DNA of 56,939 nucleotides, counting the filler, from Sphacelaria rigidula (Eukaryota): assembly GCA_964200075.2 (NCBI GenBank). It is 6 parts of 6 records of this genome, joined end to end, with 100 filler letters (N's around TTAATTAATTAA, not from the genome) between each part and the next. Parts side by side here need not be neighbours in the genome. Positions count along the whole stretch, not along the records: positions 1 to 9,407 come from CAXNAA020008573.1; positions 9,508 to 18,914 come from CAXNAA020008574.1; 4 more parts are not named here. The stretch is one strand, 5' to 3'. The notes under the pieces were generated by a model. That model had not been told where the DNA came from. It ran no database searches and worked only from the letters and a program-made list of their open reading frames with translations. Below are positions 1 through 11,686 of the stretch, piece after piece (the stretch's first letter is position 1; each line of letters starts with the position of its first letter). The translations under genes were made by a program, and so were the position numbers.

Positions 1-1342
1 AATGTCGCCAATATGAGGCGCTTCATGCAGCCTGAACCCGAACATCAGGCGCTATATAGCCATTTTTTTCGTGACACTTTTAGCTGTTTTTGCGGGGGGG
101 GGGAGGGTATCGTAGAAAATGTCTTATGTTTAATCGAATTTCATATAGACAACAGCATCTTGTTACCATGAGAATAGTGCGTTTTTGACAGATTCAAGGA
201 TTGGAAGATTGCGTGTGTTTCTCGAATGTTATCATGTTAACTGAGGAGTACGAGAAGGGTGTCGACTGTGCATTCATCTGTGATTTTTGGTTGTTCCAAG
301 GAAGATTTGGGAACTGGTAATGATTGAGATTGATACACATCTATTTGTTTTGTGGTGACTGACGCATACAATTGTTGAAATGGAGCATGGATAGGTTACG
401 AAGAACTGATTATATTCAGGATTTGAGCTTCCGATTGCTAAAGTAGAGGCGTTTGCGACGTCTGTACGTGGCTGGAAAGGTTTTTTCCTGACGAGATCGT
501 TTTTTTTTTTCAGTTCTTGGTAATATAGTTTTGGATTCATGTTTGAAAGAACATGAAATATTTTTCCTGTTTCAGAATGAGTCACTATGTATTCAGGATG
601 AACTATCAGTCCTAGAGCCGTAAGCAGGGCGGCTAATCGATTATACCTACGCTCCAGGATCTGCCTGGAAACAAGCGAAATGGATATCAAGATTGGATCA
701 TCACATACAGGGAAAGTACGAATAAGAGACTGGTTCTGTTATTTGAGGTATACCCGATGTAGTGCTTGCAGTACACATCTACTGGGGGCACACGCCTTCT
801 CGCGTGGCGAAATGATGGGATTATGACATATGATTTTGTATGAACGATTTCCCGCCCCCCACTTCATTCAGTTTAGTGAGTGTGTGTGTAAGTGTGTGGT
901 GTGCAAGCGGAGTGCATACATGGGGTTTTTACATTTTATGTGGAGAGTATCATATACACTCCCTACTGGGTAATTAATACATCAACGGAGGTCCCACGAC
1001 CCTATTCAAACATGGACTATTGCGCCAAGCACGTGATTCAGCCTTTGGGTTTCTCCACCCATCCAACGAACGTGACACACGACGCCCACGCGATCATTCT
1101 GTTCGGTGCACCTCGTATCGGGGTCACAGGCTGGATAAACCATAAGTTCATGTGAGTGATACCTTTCCGCATAAAACCGATTGATGTCAAAAGCCTTCAC
1201 CAGGCGAATGATGATGTCGAAGACACTTTCCACGATAGCCCCCCCCCCTCCCAAATCAGCTAAAAGTGTCACGAAAAAAATGGCCATACAGCGCCTGATG
1301 TTCGGGTTCAGACTGCGTGAAGCGCCTCATATTGGCGACATT
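1..1342. mobile_element. Foldback/TIR element, left arm cut by the contig start (inverted arms 1-125 and 1220-1342; right arm probably continues to ~1554, ending CCTGTG)
   Basis: The reverse complement of 1-125 aligns to 1220-1342 with scattered mismatches (aatgtcgccaatatgaggcgcttca... versus ...tgaagcgcctcatattggcgacatt). The AT-rich interior has no recognisable intact ORF. Confidence 0.7.
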
Positions 1343-2132
1343 GGATAGAACGAACCCAAGCGTGGGAATTCCCAGCTTCTCCTTGTGCTTGGCTTTTCCC
1401 ACTTCGATTTACGTGAAGAGTTTGCCTCCTAAAACCATGTACGTTTGGGGGGGGGGGCTATAGAAGAAAGTGTCCGACGTGGGCAGCACACGCCGATTCA
1501 TCACGTTTTCAGCGCGCTGTCATGCGCTGTTGGGAGACATCACCTTATCCTGTGTGGGTGGGCAAAGGCTGCTCTACGCTAGGTGTGACGGCGGTGGCCA
1601 CTGGCAGGGCGATTGTGCATACTGATGCACCCGCCATACGGCACCAGCCAGGCGGCACGATGATAGCCAGCTGTGCCTAGATCAGTCACCCCCGTCACAA
1701 GCTGCTGAAACAAGATAGACCTTCGAACTAGGGAGGGTTTTGCGAATGCACCCCTCGCGAAAAATGGTATTACTCCGTGAATGTACCCCTTGCCTGAAGA
1801 GTGTAAGCACTGATACCCCAACGCATTCACTGGGCGGGATGAACTACAAAGGACCTCACTGAGTGTTGGGCTCGGAAATGCCCTGATACGTCGCCTCGAT
1901 ATGGCAAGAAGGATTCTTGCACATACTCTCATCAACCGGCACCCTGCGGCACAAGCTATTGGCATGACGCGAGACGGGGGTTATCGGACGGCCATGCGGT
2001 AAACGTGCGAAGGTGTTGATCTCCAGAGACTCGAAAGGCTGTGGCTCGTGCGTCCATTTTCCATGTTATGCAGCATAGAAGCAAGGGGCTTGGTGAAATT
2101 GGCACTCACTCTGCACTGGGGGGACAATTTAA

Positions 2133-2402
2133 TGTTCATGTGAACAAGTCACTGAGTGAACATGCACACGTGCGGATAGATGAATGCACGTGCGGATAGA
2201 TTAATGCGGACATGCGGGTAGTGGTAGCCGAGTGTGTGTGACTATAGCACCCCGCTCACAGTAGCTACGACGCTGCCTGCTGAGCCCACTCAACATCTGA
2301 TCCCTCAGTCATAGGGTCGGCTCAGTCTAGGCACTCTCCAACAATACAAAAGATAAAACTATCTATCCTTCGCCACGGGCCACGGAATACACTAGTGTTA
2401 CA
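2133..2402 (+). repeat. 5' LTR of the copia element (3' boundary approximate, ends ...TGTTACA)
   Basis: Begins TG and matches 7968-8120. Carries a 20-bp internal duplication (tgaatgcacgtgcggataga) absent from the 3' LTR. Confidence 0.8.
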
Positions 2403-2416
2403 ATCGGTTGGGCAGA

Positions 2417-5400
2417 ATGGCGGAACAAGGTGGTAGGCCTCCTACAGTTATGGGTGAGCAGGGTGTTACAGAGCAGTTGCAGGAAGTGTGTAGTCAGGTC
2501 AGTTCCTCGGCTCAGCTCATGCGTGATATGCGGCTAAGCCAAGCTACATTACAGAGTAACATGGGCCGTATGAGGGCAGCAAGAGAGGCCGGGGGCGCAG
2601 AAAACAACGGCGTCCTCGATAGTGAAGGTTCTCATAGTCAACAGGGGGACTTCAACACAAATAGAAAAGTAGAGCGACGCGGTGCTGGAGTTAGAAGGGA
2701 GCGACGGTACATCGGGAGCCAGGCTGTTCCAGAGGACGGAGCGCGCGACGCAGAGGACAACGAGGTCACCAGTGACGAAGCCAGGGGCTTTTTCCCCGCA
2801 CGTGAGTCAATCCAAATAAACGATACAAATGGAAATGTGTCTCGGGTTCCCGCTTTTCGACAGAACGTCCCAAACGTTTCAGGGAAGGGCGCTGATTATG
2901 CTGGGTACAGGCATGACCTGGTCAACTTCGCAAGGGGCGAAGGAATGGACTGGGGGTTCACCATGGCCGGTAATAGTTCTTACGATGTAGATATCGGTAA
3001 TCCTGAGATAGCGGTGGACTATCTGGAGAGCAGACATGGGAAGGACACAGGGGCAGCCAACGTAAGGGCCAGACGAATGCTTGTGGCTAGTTTAGAAGGA
3101 AGGAGAGAGCAAGATATTTTGATTGGAATCCACTCACCTGCTGCGGTTTGGAGAAAACTCGAGGATGTATAACGCCCCAAAACAAATGGTGCGAGAACCG
3201 CTTTGTTGGAAACGTTCGATGGAGTCAAGATTGGTGTCCGTGATGATCCAAAGCAGAAGCTGCTCGAGATGGAGGAACTCGCACATAACCTGATTTCACA
3301 CGAGGAGCATGACCGACTGAGCGAAAAGCATATTCTCTTGAAATTCCTCAACGCGTTGCCCTTCGAGTATCACATTCAGGAGCAAGTGCTCGAGGATCGA
3401 GAGGGACCGCTGACACGGGAGGTTGTGTTGACTTCGGTCCAGGCGCGCTTCGAATCAACATCTTTGAAGCAGGAACTTGCCCGGGGAAGGAAGTCATCCC
3501 CGGGCGACCAGGCCCTCCTTGCCAGGGGTGGGACCGGGAAACCGAGCGGTGCGCACCGCAAGGGAAAACCGGAAAAACTCTAGGGCTCTGGTCAGAAAAG
3601 CGGCGAGAGCCAGAGTTCAAGTAGCTCTGGGTCGGCATCGTCGGACGGCAAACCGGCGACTGGGCAGCTGCTCCGCTGCCACATTTGCAACGAGAACACG
3701 ACGATCGAGCCAGGAACTGCCCGAAGAGATAGTGCGAGAGGTGCGGTCAGCAGGGGCACACGTTCCGGGACTGCCCGAGATCGACAGAGAAGAAAGCAGA
3801 CGCGGTGATGACGACGGGCGCGGCCGACGAAAGCGACAGCTCCTCCGTCTGTTCGGTGGCGGATGGGGAGGTTTTCACCTCTCTTGATACCACCATCAAC
3901 GGCGACACAGGCGAGTATGCATTGAGTGTTGAGCGGGGGGGTGATAGTCAGCAGGGTGAGGGCGAACCGGGGATATTTGACACGGGGGCTACCCAGCATT
4001 TCTCCCACGATTCGTATGGGATGACGGAGTACAGAGAGTGCAAGGGTAGGGTACTACGGTGCGCGGGAGGTAGTACTTACCCGATCGTAGGCAGAGGAAA
4101 TTTGTCTCTTGTCTTCAGATCTGACGGACAGGATGAAATGCTAAAACTAGTGGATGTTAAGAATGTATCTGGTGTCCGTCATTACCTCTTGTCACTCACG
4201 AGGGTCCAATACATGGGACACAGCTACACTGGTTTTCGTACAGATTTCAGGGTAGATCTCAATTCAGGAAATGCACTGATAATACCCGGACAACCGCGTC
4301 AACTCAGAATGTACGCCCGCCGCCTCGATCAAAGTGGTAGTGACAAGTGTGCTTCGGCATATGCTGTTATTACCCCGGGGGCTCCGCCTAGCCCCCGACC
4401 GCTGACATCAACGAGTTCCACTGTTCCCACGCTCACGTCCACGAGGATTTACTGAGGAAGACGGCGAAGCAGCAGGGGAAGCAGCTGGCTAGGGAGCTGC
4501 AGCCCTGCCGCGGCTGCTCAGAGGCGAAGGGACTGCGGGCACCGATTCCAAGATCGACGCACACGAGAGCAGCTAAGTCAGCGTCCAGGGTGTTTGTAGA
4601 TCTTTCCGGGCCGAAAGCAGTCAAGTCTAACGGGGGGAAGTCGTACATGACGATTGTCCGAGACGATCACTCACGGCACACAAAGCTGTATTTCCTCCGC
4701 AAGAAGGGCGAGGCAGAGAGATACTTCGCGAAATACATTCTCTCTCCGAGAAACATTGAGATAGTCCGTAGCGATGACGGTGGTGAATTTTCCGAGGGTG
4801 CATTTGGTGAACTGTGCGACAGGGAAAATATCAAGCAAGAGAAGATAAATGCCGACTCAACCCAGTTCAACGGTGTTGCAGAGCGAGCGTTAGGTATCAT
4901 CGATACAGCAGGCCTTGCGGCCTGAACCCAAGCATCTGAGCTGTACCCCGACGAGCGCATCCCAAATGGTGACAGCCTGTGGGCTAAACAGGCGAACTGG
5001 GCGTGTCACGCCCTGAACTATACCGCTACTTCGGCTAAACCGCACGACAAATCACCGCATGAGATGTGGTATGGATCACCACCGGAAGGTAATCTCATCC
5101 GTTCTTGAAGCCTGGTTTTTGTAGGAGGAAGCGGACAAATAAATTGCAGCCGAAGGCCGAAAAATGCTGGTACTTGAGCCCAGCGGAGGGCTACCCAAGT
5201 GACGCGATGCGAGTTATCTTCGTGACAAGGCATGTAACATGGGCACGTACGTCCGCTGCCCCCCCCGCACACTACAGCAAGCGATCCAAACGCCGGGCGA
5301 GGTGAAGAGTTCTAGCGTCGATCAAGGCCAGGATGTGGGTGGAGACAGGACGGAAAGCTCGATAGTGGGCACTTCGCCCAGCGGTTCCTCGAGCGCACCG

Positions 5401-7669
5401 TCCTCCCCGCCGAGTTCCGTTGGTGGGAGGGGCGGAGCAGCACCGCATATCCCCGTTAGTAGTGGAGGGGGCGAAGTGCCTTCCCCGTCCCCGCAAGGGG
5501 GGGGGGAAGGCGGGGAGAGACTAGAGATCCCCGTTCCAGATTTTGTTAAGGGAGGGGGTGAGGTGGAGCCGGAATCATCATCATCATCATCATCAACGCT
5601 AACATCAGCAGATACGCCGATACCAACGCTGACGCCGACACCTACGCCGACGCTCACATCGGCATCGGACAATGCCTCATCGCCCGCACTGTCACCCTCT
5701 TCCATAGGCCCCTCGCAAGATGGTGGGGGGAGGTGGCGACGCTCCTCAACTCCCGAGGACCGAGCAACGCTGTCGTGCGTGGGCTGACCGGGTACCAACA
5801 CGAAGAGCGGGGCGTACGAGGAGCCAAGCGCGCGAGGCAATGGGGTCGGTGCACGCACGAGACGACACGCTGATGGCTGGCGGAGCGGAGGAAAGCAAGA
5901 AGGAAGCAGAGATGGCGCTGGTGGGAATGGCGGAGGACGAATGCTCAACCATGGAGCTGATCACCGCGGCAGCAGGACAGGTGGCTGGGCAAGACGCAAT
6001 CGTTTCGACTCAACACGAGTTAGCCGAAAACGAGTTTTTTCGTTTTGTCGCTGAGGACAACAGGGTAGGGTGGTCTGAATTCGGTGTGCGTTCACCAGTT
6101 GGCCTACAAATAAGCGAAATAGAGGCAGCACCAACCAGTATGGATGACATTGCCAAGTCAGAATTTCGAGAGGCATGGTTAGGCGCGATGCAGGCCGAGC
6201 TAGGAGGTCACGAAAAGGCTGGAACATTTTCGACTGGCCATGTACCAGAAGCAGCAACCGTGATTTCAGCGAAGTGGGTTTGTAGTTGGAAGACTGACGC
6301 AGACGATACTGTAACGAAGGCAAAGACAAGGTTGGTAGCGCGAGGATTTAGACAACGTTTTGCAGTCGACTATTTCGAGACTTTCGCGGCAACGCCCTCC
6401 ATGGCCTCCATCAAGCTGGTCATGGCAGTGGCAGTTCAGGAAGAGTGGCCGCTGTACCATTTTGATGTGACACAGGCTTTTGTTCAAGCAGAAATGGACA
6501 CTGATGTATACATGAGGTTACCTCAAGGTTGCTCCGTTTTAGTAGACGTGACCGTAAAGCTTGAAAAATCTATCTACGGGATCAAGCAAGCAGGCAGGCA
6601 GTGGTCTCGTCTTCTGTGTGAAACTTTACTGGAGGATGTCGGGATGGTGCAGTGTGAGGCTGATCCTTGTGTTTTCGAGATGGAGGATGCAGGAGACGTG
6701 CGTGTGATTTTATTTGTCCATGTGGACGACATCTTTATCAGTGGTTCCGAGGAATACGTAGGAAAGGTGGGAAAAATCCTCGACAACAAGTTCCCCACGA
6801 ACAATCTCGGAGAGGTAACCTGGTACATGGGGTGCGCAGTGGATAACGAGTGGGATAGAGGCACGCTGTCTGTGACGCAAACCACGTTCACGGACACGCT
6901 CCTGAAGCGTTTTGAGGTGAGGGGGTACTCGGAAATCCCTGCCTCTGTTTCTGTAAAGTTGGGGCCGACACCGGGCGAAGACAAGAAAGTGAATCGCCCA
7001 TACCGTAACGCAGTGGGGGGGTTGATGTGGCTGGGAACAGTCGCCAGACCCGACATTGCGAATTCGGTACGAGTGCTTGCTCCGCAGTCGCATGACCCAT
7101 GCGAGAGGCATTGGGAAGCTGTTATGAAAGTGTTGAAGTACCTAAATGAGACGAAGGGTTTTGGACTTACGTTCAAGAAAGCTCATGATGGGCTTTCAGT
7201 CTTCTGCGATGCAGATAACGCCAAGGAGGAAACGGATAGACGTTCGGTTTCAGGGGTAGCTGTGATGTACGTTGATATAGTAGTGTCGGCAACGAGCCGC
7301 ACACAACACTGCGTGACTCTATCAACTACGGAGGCAGAGTGTGTTACCATGGCCGAGGGGCCAAAGGGGGGATTATTTGTGAAGGCCGTGTCAACGTTCT
7401 TGCGACCGCAGACTGTGTCAGGAAGCGGGCAGAACCAAGGTATTGGTTTATACGAAGACAACAAGGGAGCAAAAGCTCTGGCCGAAAATCCTCTCAGTTC
7501 CGAGAGGAGTACGCACATAGACGTGAGATATCACTTCATTCGAGAGCTGGTGGGGACGGGAAAGGTCAGGGTTGTACATGTAGGCTCAAGATTGCGGCAT
7601 GCAGATACTTCGATCAGCCTGTTTACGAGGCATATACGTTTTTTGATGAACTTGGAAGGTGACAAGTAG
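2417..7669 (+). pseudogene. Disrupted copia gag-pol polyprotein (gag, zinc knuckle, aspartic protease, integrase, reverse transcriptase, RNase H)
   Basis: CCHC knuckle CERCGQQGHTFRDC (3733-3774), protease FDTGATQH, integrase HHCC finger (FHCSHAH...CRGC) and core VDLSGP..RSDDGGEF..NGVAER, RT motifs KTRLVARGF, FDVTQAF, SIYGIKQAGRQW, HVDD, and RNase H CDAD..DRRSVSG, STTEAE, HIDVRYHFIRE. Broken into many ORF pieces by stops and frameshifts. Confidence 0.93.
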
Positions 7670-7967
7670 GTACGTTTTTTGTGTGTACCATTGTGCTAGT
7701 GCCGGGTATTTATAGATGTTCAAGTGATGAATTTATGCGCATTGTCGTTTAAGCCACCCACGCTACTTTTAGGGGCATGTGTTCTGTAGGGCGTTTCTTG
7801 GCATGTCGTGTATCTGCCTTGACCGACGTCCATGGATTATCTATGTGGAGCACAAGCTGTTTAGGGGAGGGGAATTTCGCTCGGATGGCCGGGTTTCCCC
7901 CCTTGAAACTTTGTTTCTTTTTGAGAGAGAGAAAGCCACGACGACTGATGTACCGGTTCAGAGGGGA

Positions 7968-8120
7968 TGTTCATGTGAACAGGTACGCTGAGTGAAGATG
8001 CACACGTGCGGATAGATTAACGCGGACGTGCGGGTACTGGTAGTCGAGTGTGTGTGACTATAACACCCCGCTCACCGTAGCTACGACGCTGCCTGCTGAG
8101 CCCACTCAACATCTGATCCC
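7968..8120 (+). repeat. Truncated 3' LTR of the copia element
   Basis: About 10 differences from the 5' LTR over ~150 bp. Homology stops abruptly after ...acatctgatccc at 8120. Confidence 0.9.
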
Positions 8121-9407
8121 ACGCCCGGTTAAAAATCCCCGTACAATGCTTTGAACAAATCACGCAATACCTTACTGCGCATGAATCTCTCCACCATAAA
8201 CTGCCCGAAGGGAGGATTGCCCAGACAGGTGAATATCCGAGACGTTAACGCGTGGCCAATAGGACGATAGCTGGGATTTAACATTGCGATATAGTTCCGT
8301 ACTGCTTTCATCTGTTTTCCGCACGACCTGAGTCGGACATGAAACGGCTCTGGCACCGAATCAGAACTTTGCATCTCAGTTTGAGAATCGTGCTTCGGAA
8401 TTTGGCATGGAGTGTCCCAAGGGTAAACCTGAGATGTGCATAGTGTGCCCTTCGTTACTCTCGTTTTTCCCCTGAGTTTACGGCATCAACAAATATATCC
8501 GTTGTTCGTAAATCGTCCTTAGTTTATAAAGTGAAACAATGAACGTGTACAGCTTGCGTTCTCTTCAGTTTGCCCCTGGGGTACTTCGTGCCAGATTTTA
8601 CAGCACAACTGTCAACACTGGGACGTGAAATCCAGATTGAGTGCCTCTCAACATGATATCTTGTGTTTCGTATGAGATGTTGTGCGCGCCGCATCTCTAA
8701 GTATATCACGAACTGCCGTAAGAATGCTGGTTCTGGCACATGTCGGGGTCTCCGCACATATTGGGGTCACGATACGGGCGTGCGTAAAAAACCAGAGCCA
8801 AACGATTTCACTTGATTATCGCCCGGGTTTCGGGGTCATCGCACCGCGGTGTGATTTGCCCGGGGAAAGCTCAACTTGGGGGGTGAGTTGGAGTACTGCG
8901 ATTGGTTCCAGGACACTGCGGTGCAACGGTCGCTGTGCTGGTATATCGCGGTTTTTCATCTTGGGCTTCACTCATGTGTTTGCGGTACCGTGCCTAGCGT
9001 TCCACGTATGAAAATGGGTGAAGCAAACACGTGAAAACTCCTTGCATCCCCGCTGTCCTTTCATTCATTACGGCGCATATCGGAGTAATCTCGAAGGGGT
9101 TTGCGGTATTATATCGCAGAACCAAAAACCATATTACGGGAGTTCTGATCACCACGTCTCAGCAGAACATTGAGTCCTACGCGGACAAGATCAGCGTGTG
9201 CATTGCCACAGTACACGGAAGAAAGCCGCCCCTCTGCTGCCCGGGTTTGAATGCCTTCTGGAATAGCGTGGATAATTCTGACGCAATATCGAATGTATAC
9301 GAATGGGTGGGGGGGGGGGGGGGGGGGTACCCATTTTTTGCTTGCCTTTGTCATTTGACCTTTGACCCCGCATCCCTTTCGGGACGGGGCGGGGGGGGGG
9401 GGGGGGG

Positions 9408-9507
9408 NNNNNNNNNNNNNNNNNNNNNNNNNNNNNNNNNNNNNNNNNNNNTTAATTAATTAANNNNNNNNNNNNNNNNNNNNNNNNNNNNNNNNNNNNN
9501 NNNNNNN
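9408..9507. other. Artificial contig linker N44-TTAATTAATTAA-N44
   Basis: Identical 100-bp spacer with stops in all six frames, present five times in the window. Confidence 0.98.
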
Positions 9508-11686
9508 CCCCATCGGGGGTCCGCCCCTACAAAGCTGGGACGGAGCACGCCGGGTTCTCGCCGGACCAGGCGGGGGGGGGGATCGTAGCGATCAATAGGC
9601 GGTCGTTTTTCAAAAGGGGATTTTGAAAAGGGGAAAATCCCTTTCAATAAGAAGAGCCCTCTTCGTCAGAAGGTTCCGAGGTGACCAACTGAGCCACCGG
9701 GGCGACCGGTGCACTGTTGAAGCCAAATCGCGTAAAACGTGCCTCGGGCGGGGCCCCCTCACCAGCCGGGCGGGGGGAGGGGGGAACTTGCGGCTTTGAC
9801 GCGGGCCCAAAGTACCAGCAGGGTGCAGTATATTGGCTGACTGCGCCAGTACCGAGCCCAAACGATTCCTCACCCGTGATCCATACGTGACACATGAATC
9901 ACACCCAACGTTCATAAGGAGCCAACCCGTACGAACTCTGATCCATCCGACTTCACAAATTTCAAACTCCCAATCCGCCGTCCCTTCTTCGGAAGGTACG
10001 GTCATTGTCAGTTTTCTCTGTAACCCGTGGAATTGCGCAAGAACTGTCTGAAGGCGTACCGTGAGAGATCAGCTATTAGTGGTCAGCATTATATCCCTCG
10101 CTGCGTCATCCAAGCTCTTCGACACTGCCGTGTCTCGCTTTTTAGGGGGTGGTGAAAAACGTGACACTACATATGGAGGAAGAGCATCGTACCGTACCAC
10201 AATATGTCGTCGTGTCCTGTACGCTACGGTACAGTTTTTATTAAAGTAGGATACAGCAACTCGAACCCTTTCGGCTTCGATCGCATTGATCGAATATTGA
10301 TGGTGTAAAGATGCAAACATTACACACCACAGTGAGCCGGTACAATTTGCCACAAGACTACAGCATGATATCGTTAACGATAACAGTCATCCAAGGGTGA
10401 AGTACCTGTCAGGGAGGTCCTCTGCCCATCCTCGCCTTGCCTCGCGCGATGGACCTTCCGCTATAGCAGAGAGATCTGCAGGGCGATCAACCGGAGTCCA
10501 CGCAACATTATACCCAAGAGGATTAGCATTCTCGCCATCAGGAGCATACTCCGGCACAAGCGGTTCCTCCTCCTCCTCCGTGCACGTATCTTGCCCCACT
10601 CTCTGCCGCTTGCCGCTTGACAGTCGCTGTGCGCCCGATCTCATTGTTTACCCGCTGAACCGAAAACCCGCGAAATTAAAAAATCAACGATTGGAGATCA
10701 GCTGGACTGCTGAGCCCAGCGGAGTGTAAGAAGATACGATGAGCACTAAATGTCGCTCAAAAGATCAGCTATTACTATCGAGTGCAAATCCCTGCCTGTA
10801 ATCTTCACTACACGGAGCTGTGGGCAAAGAGATTAGGCGGAGATAGGCTGGCTTGCCCGAGAGAAACTGGTGATGGGAAGGTGACGGTGTATAACACCCC
10901 CTAAATCGGTCAACTTTTAGTTTCTGAATCCGTATAACTCGTTGATGGGTACGTCGCCAGAAGGTCTACTTTCATGTCGCGAAAATTCTTTCGGGTGAGT
11001 GCAGTCTTGACACTTGGGAAATCAATGATAATTTGTCTCATCACCAGTGGGAGCTGCTGTACCCTGTCACCTCGAACAAGAATGCCCAAGTCATATTCCA
11101 TTTCATTGCTCTTCGAAATCTGAAACGGCCACTTTCGACCAAAAGCACTCTCACGAGTACACGACTGGAAATGGCCAGGTGAATTATCATGAATACTGGA
11201 ATTACAGGAGACTCGTGAACCGCTCACTATCTCTCCGCAGTATAGTGGCAAATACCGCCGCTTCTGCCTACCATGGCAAAATTTGCGTCCTCGAAACGGT
11301 TCGGATGAGACTTGAATTAAGCAACTCCCCGCGGTGCATGGCGTCCCAGGTAGTGCATTAGTACTCAATCCCTCAGTGGACGCCGGCGCTAATCTTTAGA
11401 GCGCGGGGGGCGCCAACACAGACACCTGAGCTCCCTGACAGCAAGCACAGCCAATCTAAAGGATACACCGCTGCCTTGCTCTTTAAACGCGCACCAGGGT
11501 ATCTACACTGCACTCAGGACTGGCTTGTGGGAAGGAGTAGGTCAAGCACGTACAACTTTCGATTTTTGAGTTTGTCTGTACCTCAACTTCGTTTGAGAGT
11601 AGCCCCGACTAGTTTGTTCGCTGCCGGTGCCTTCGCCGGCTGCGCCGGTGGGTGAATCGCTGGGCGCGCTCTGAGGCCCCTACAGA

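Larger units (their letters stand above)
2133..8120 (+). mobile_element. Ty1/copia LTR retrotransposon, degenerate, 3' LTR truncated
   Basis: Direct repeats starting TGTTCATGTGAAC at 2133 and 7968, purine tract AGAGGGGA just before 7968, and copia domain order gag-PR-IN-RT-RH. Confidence 0.95.
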
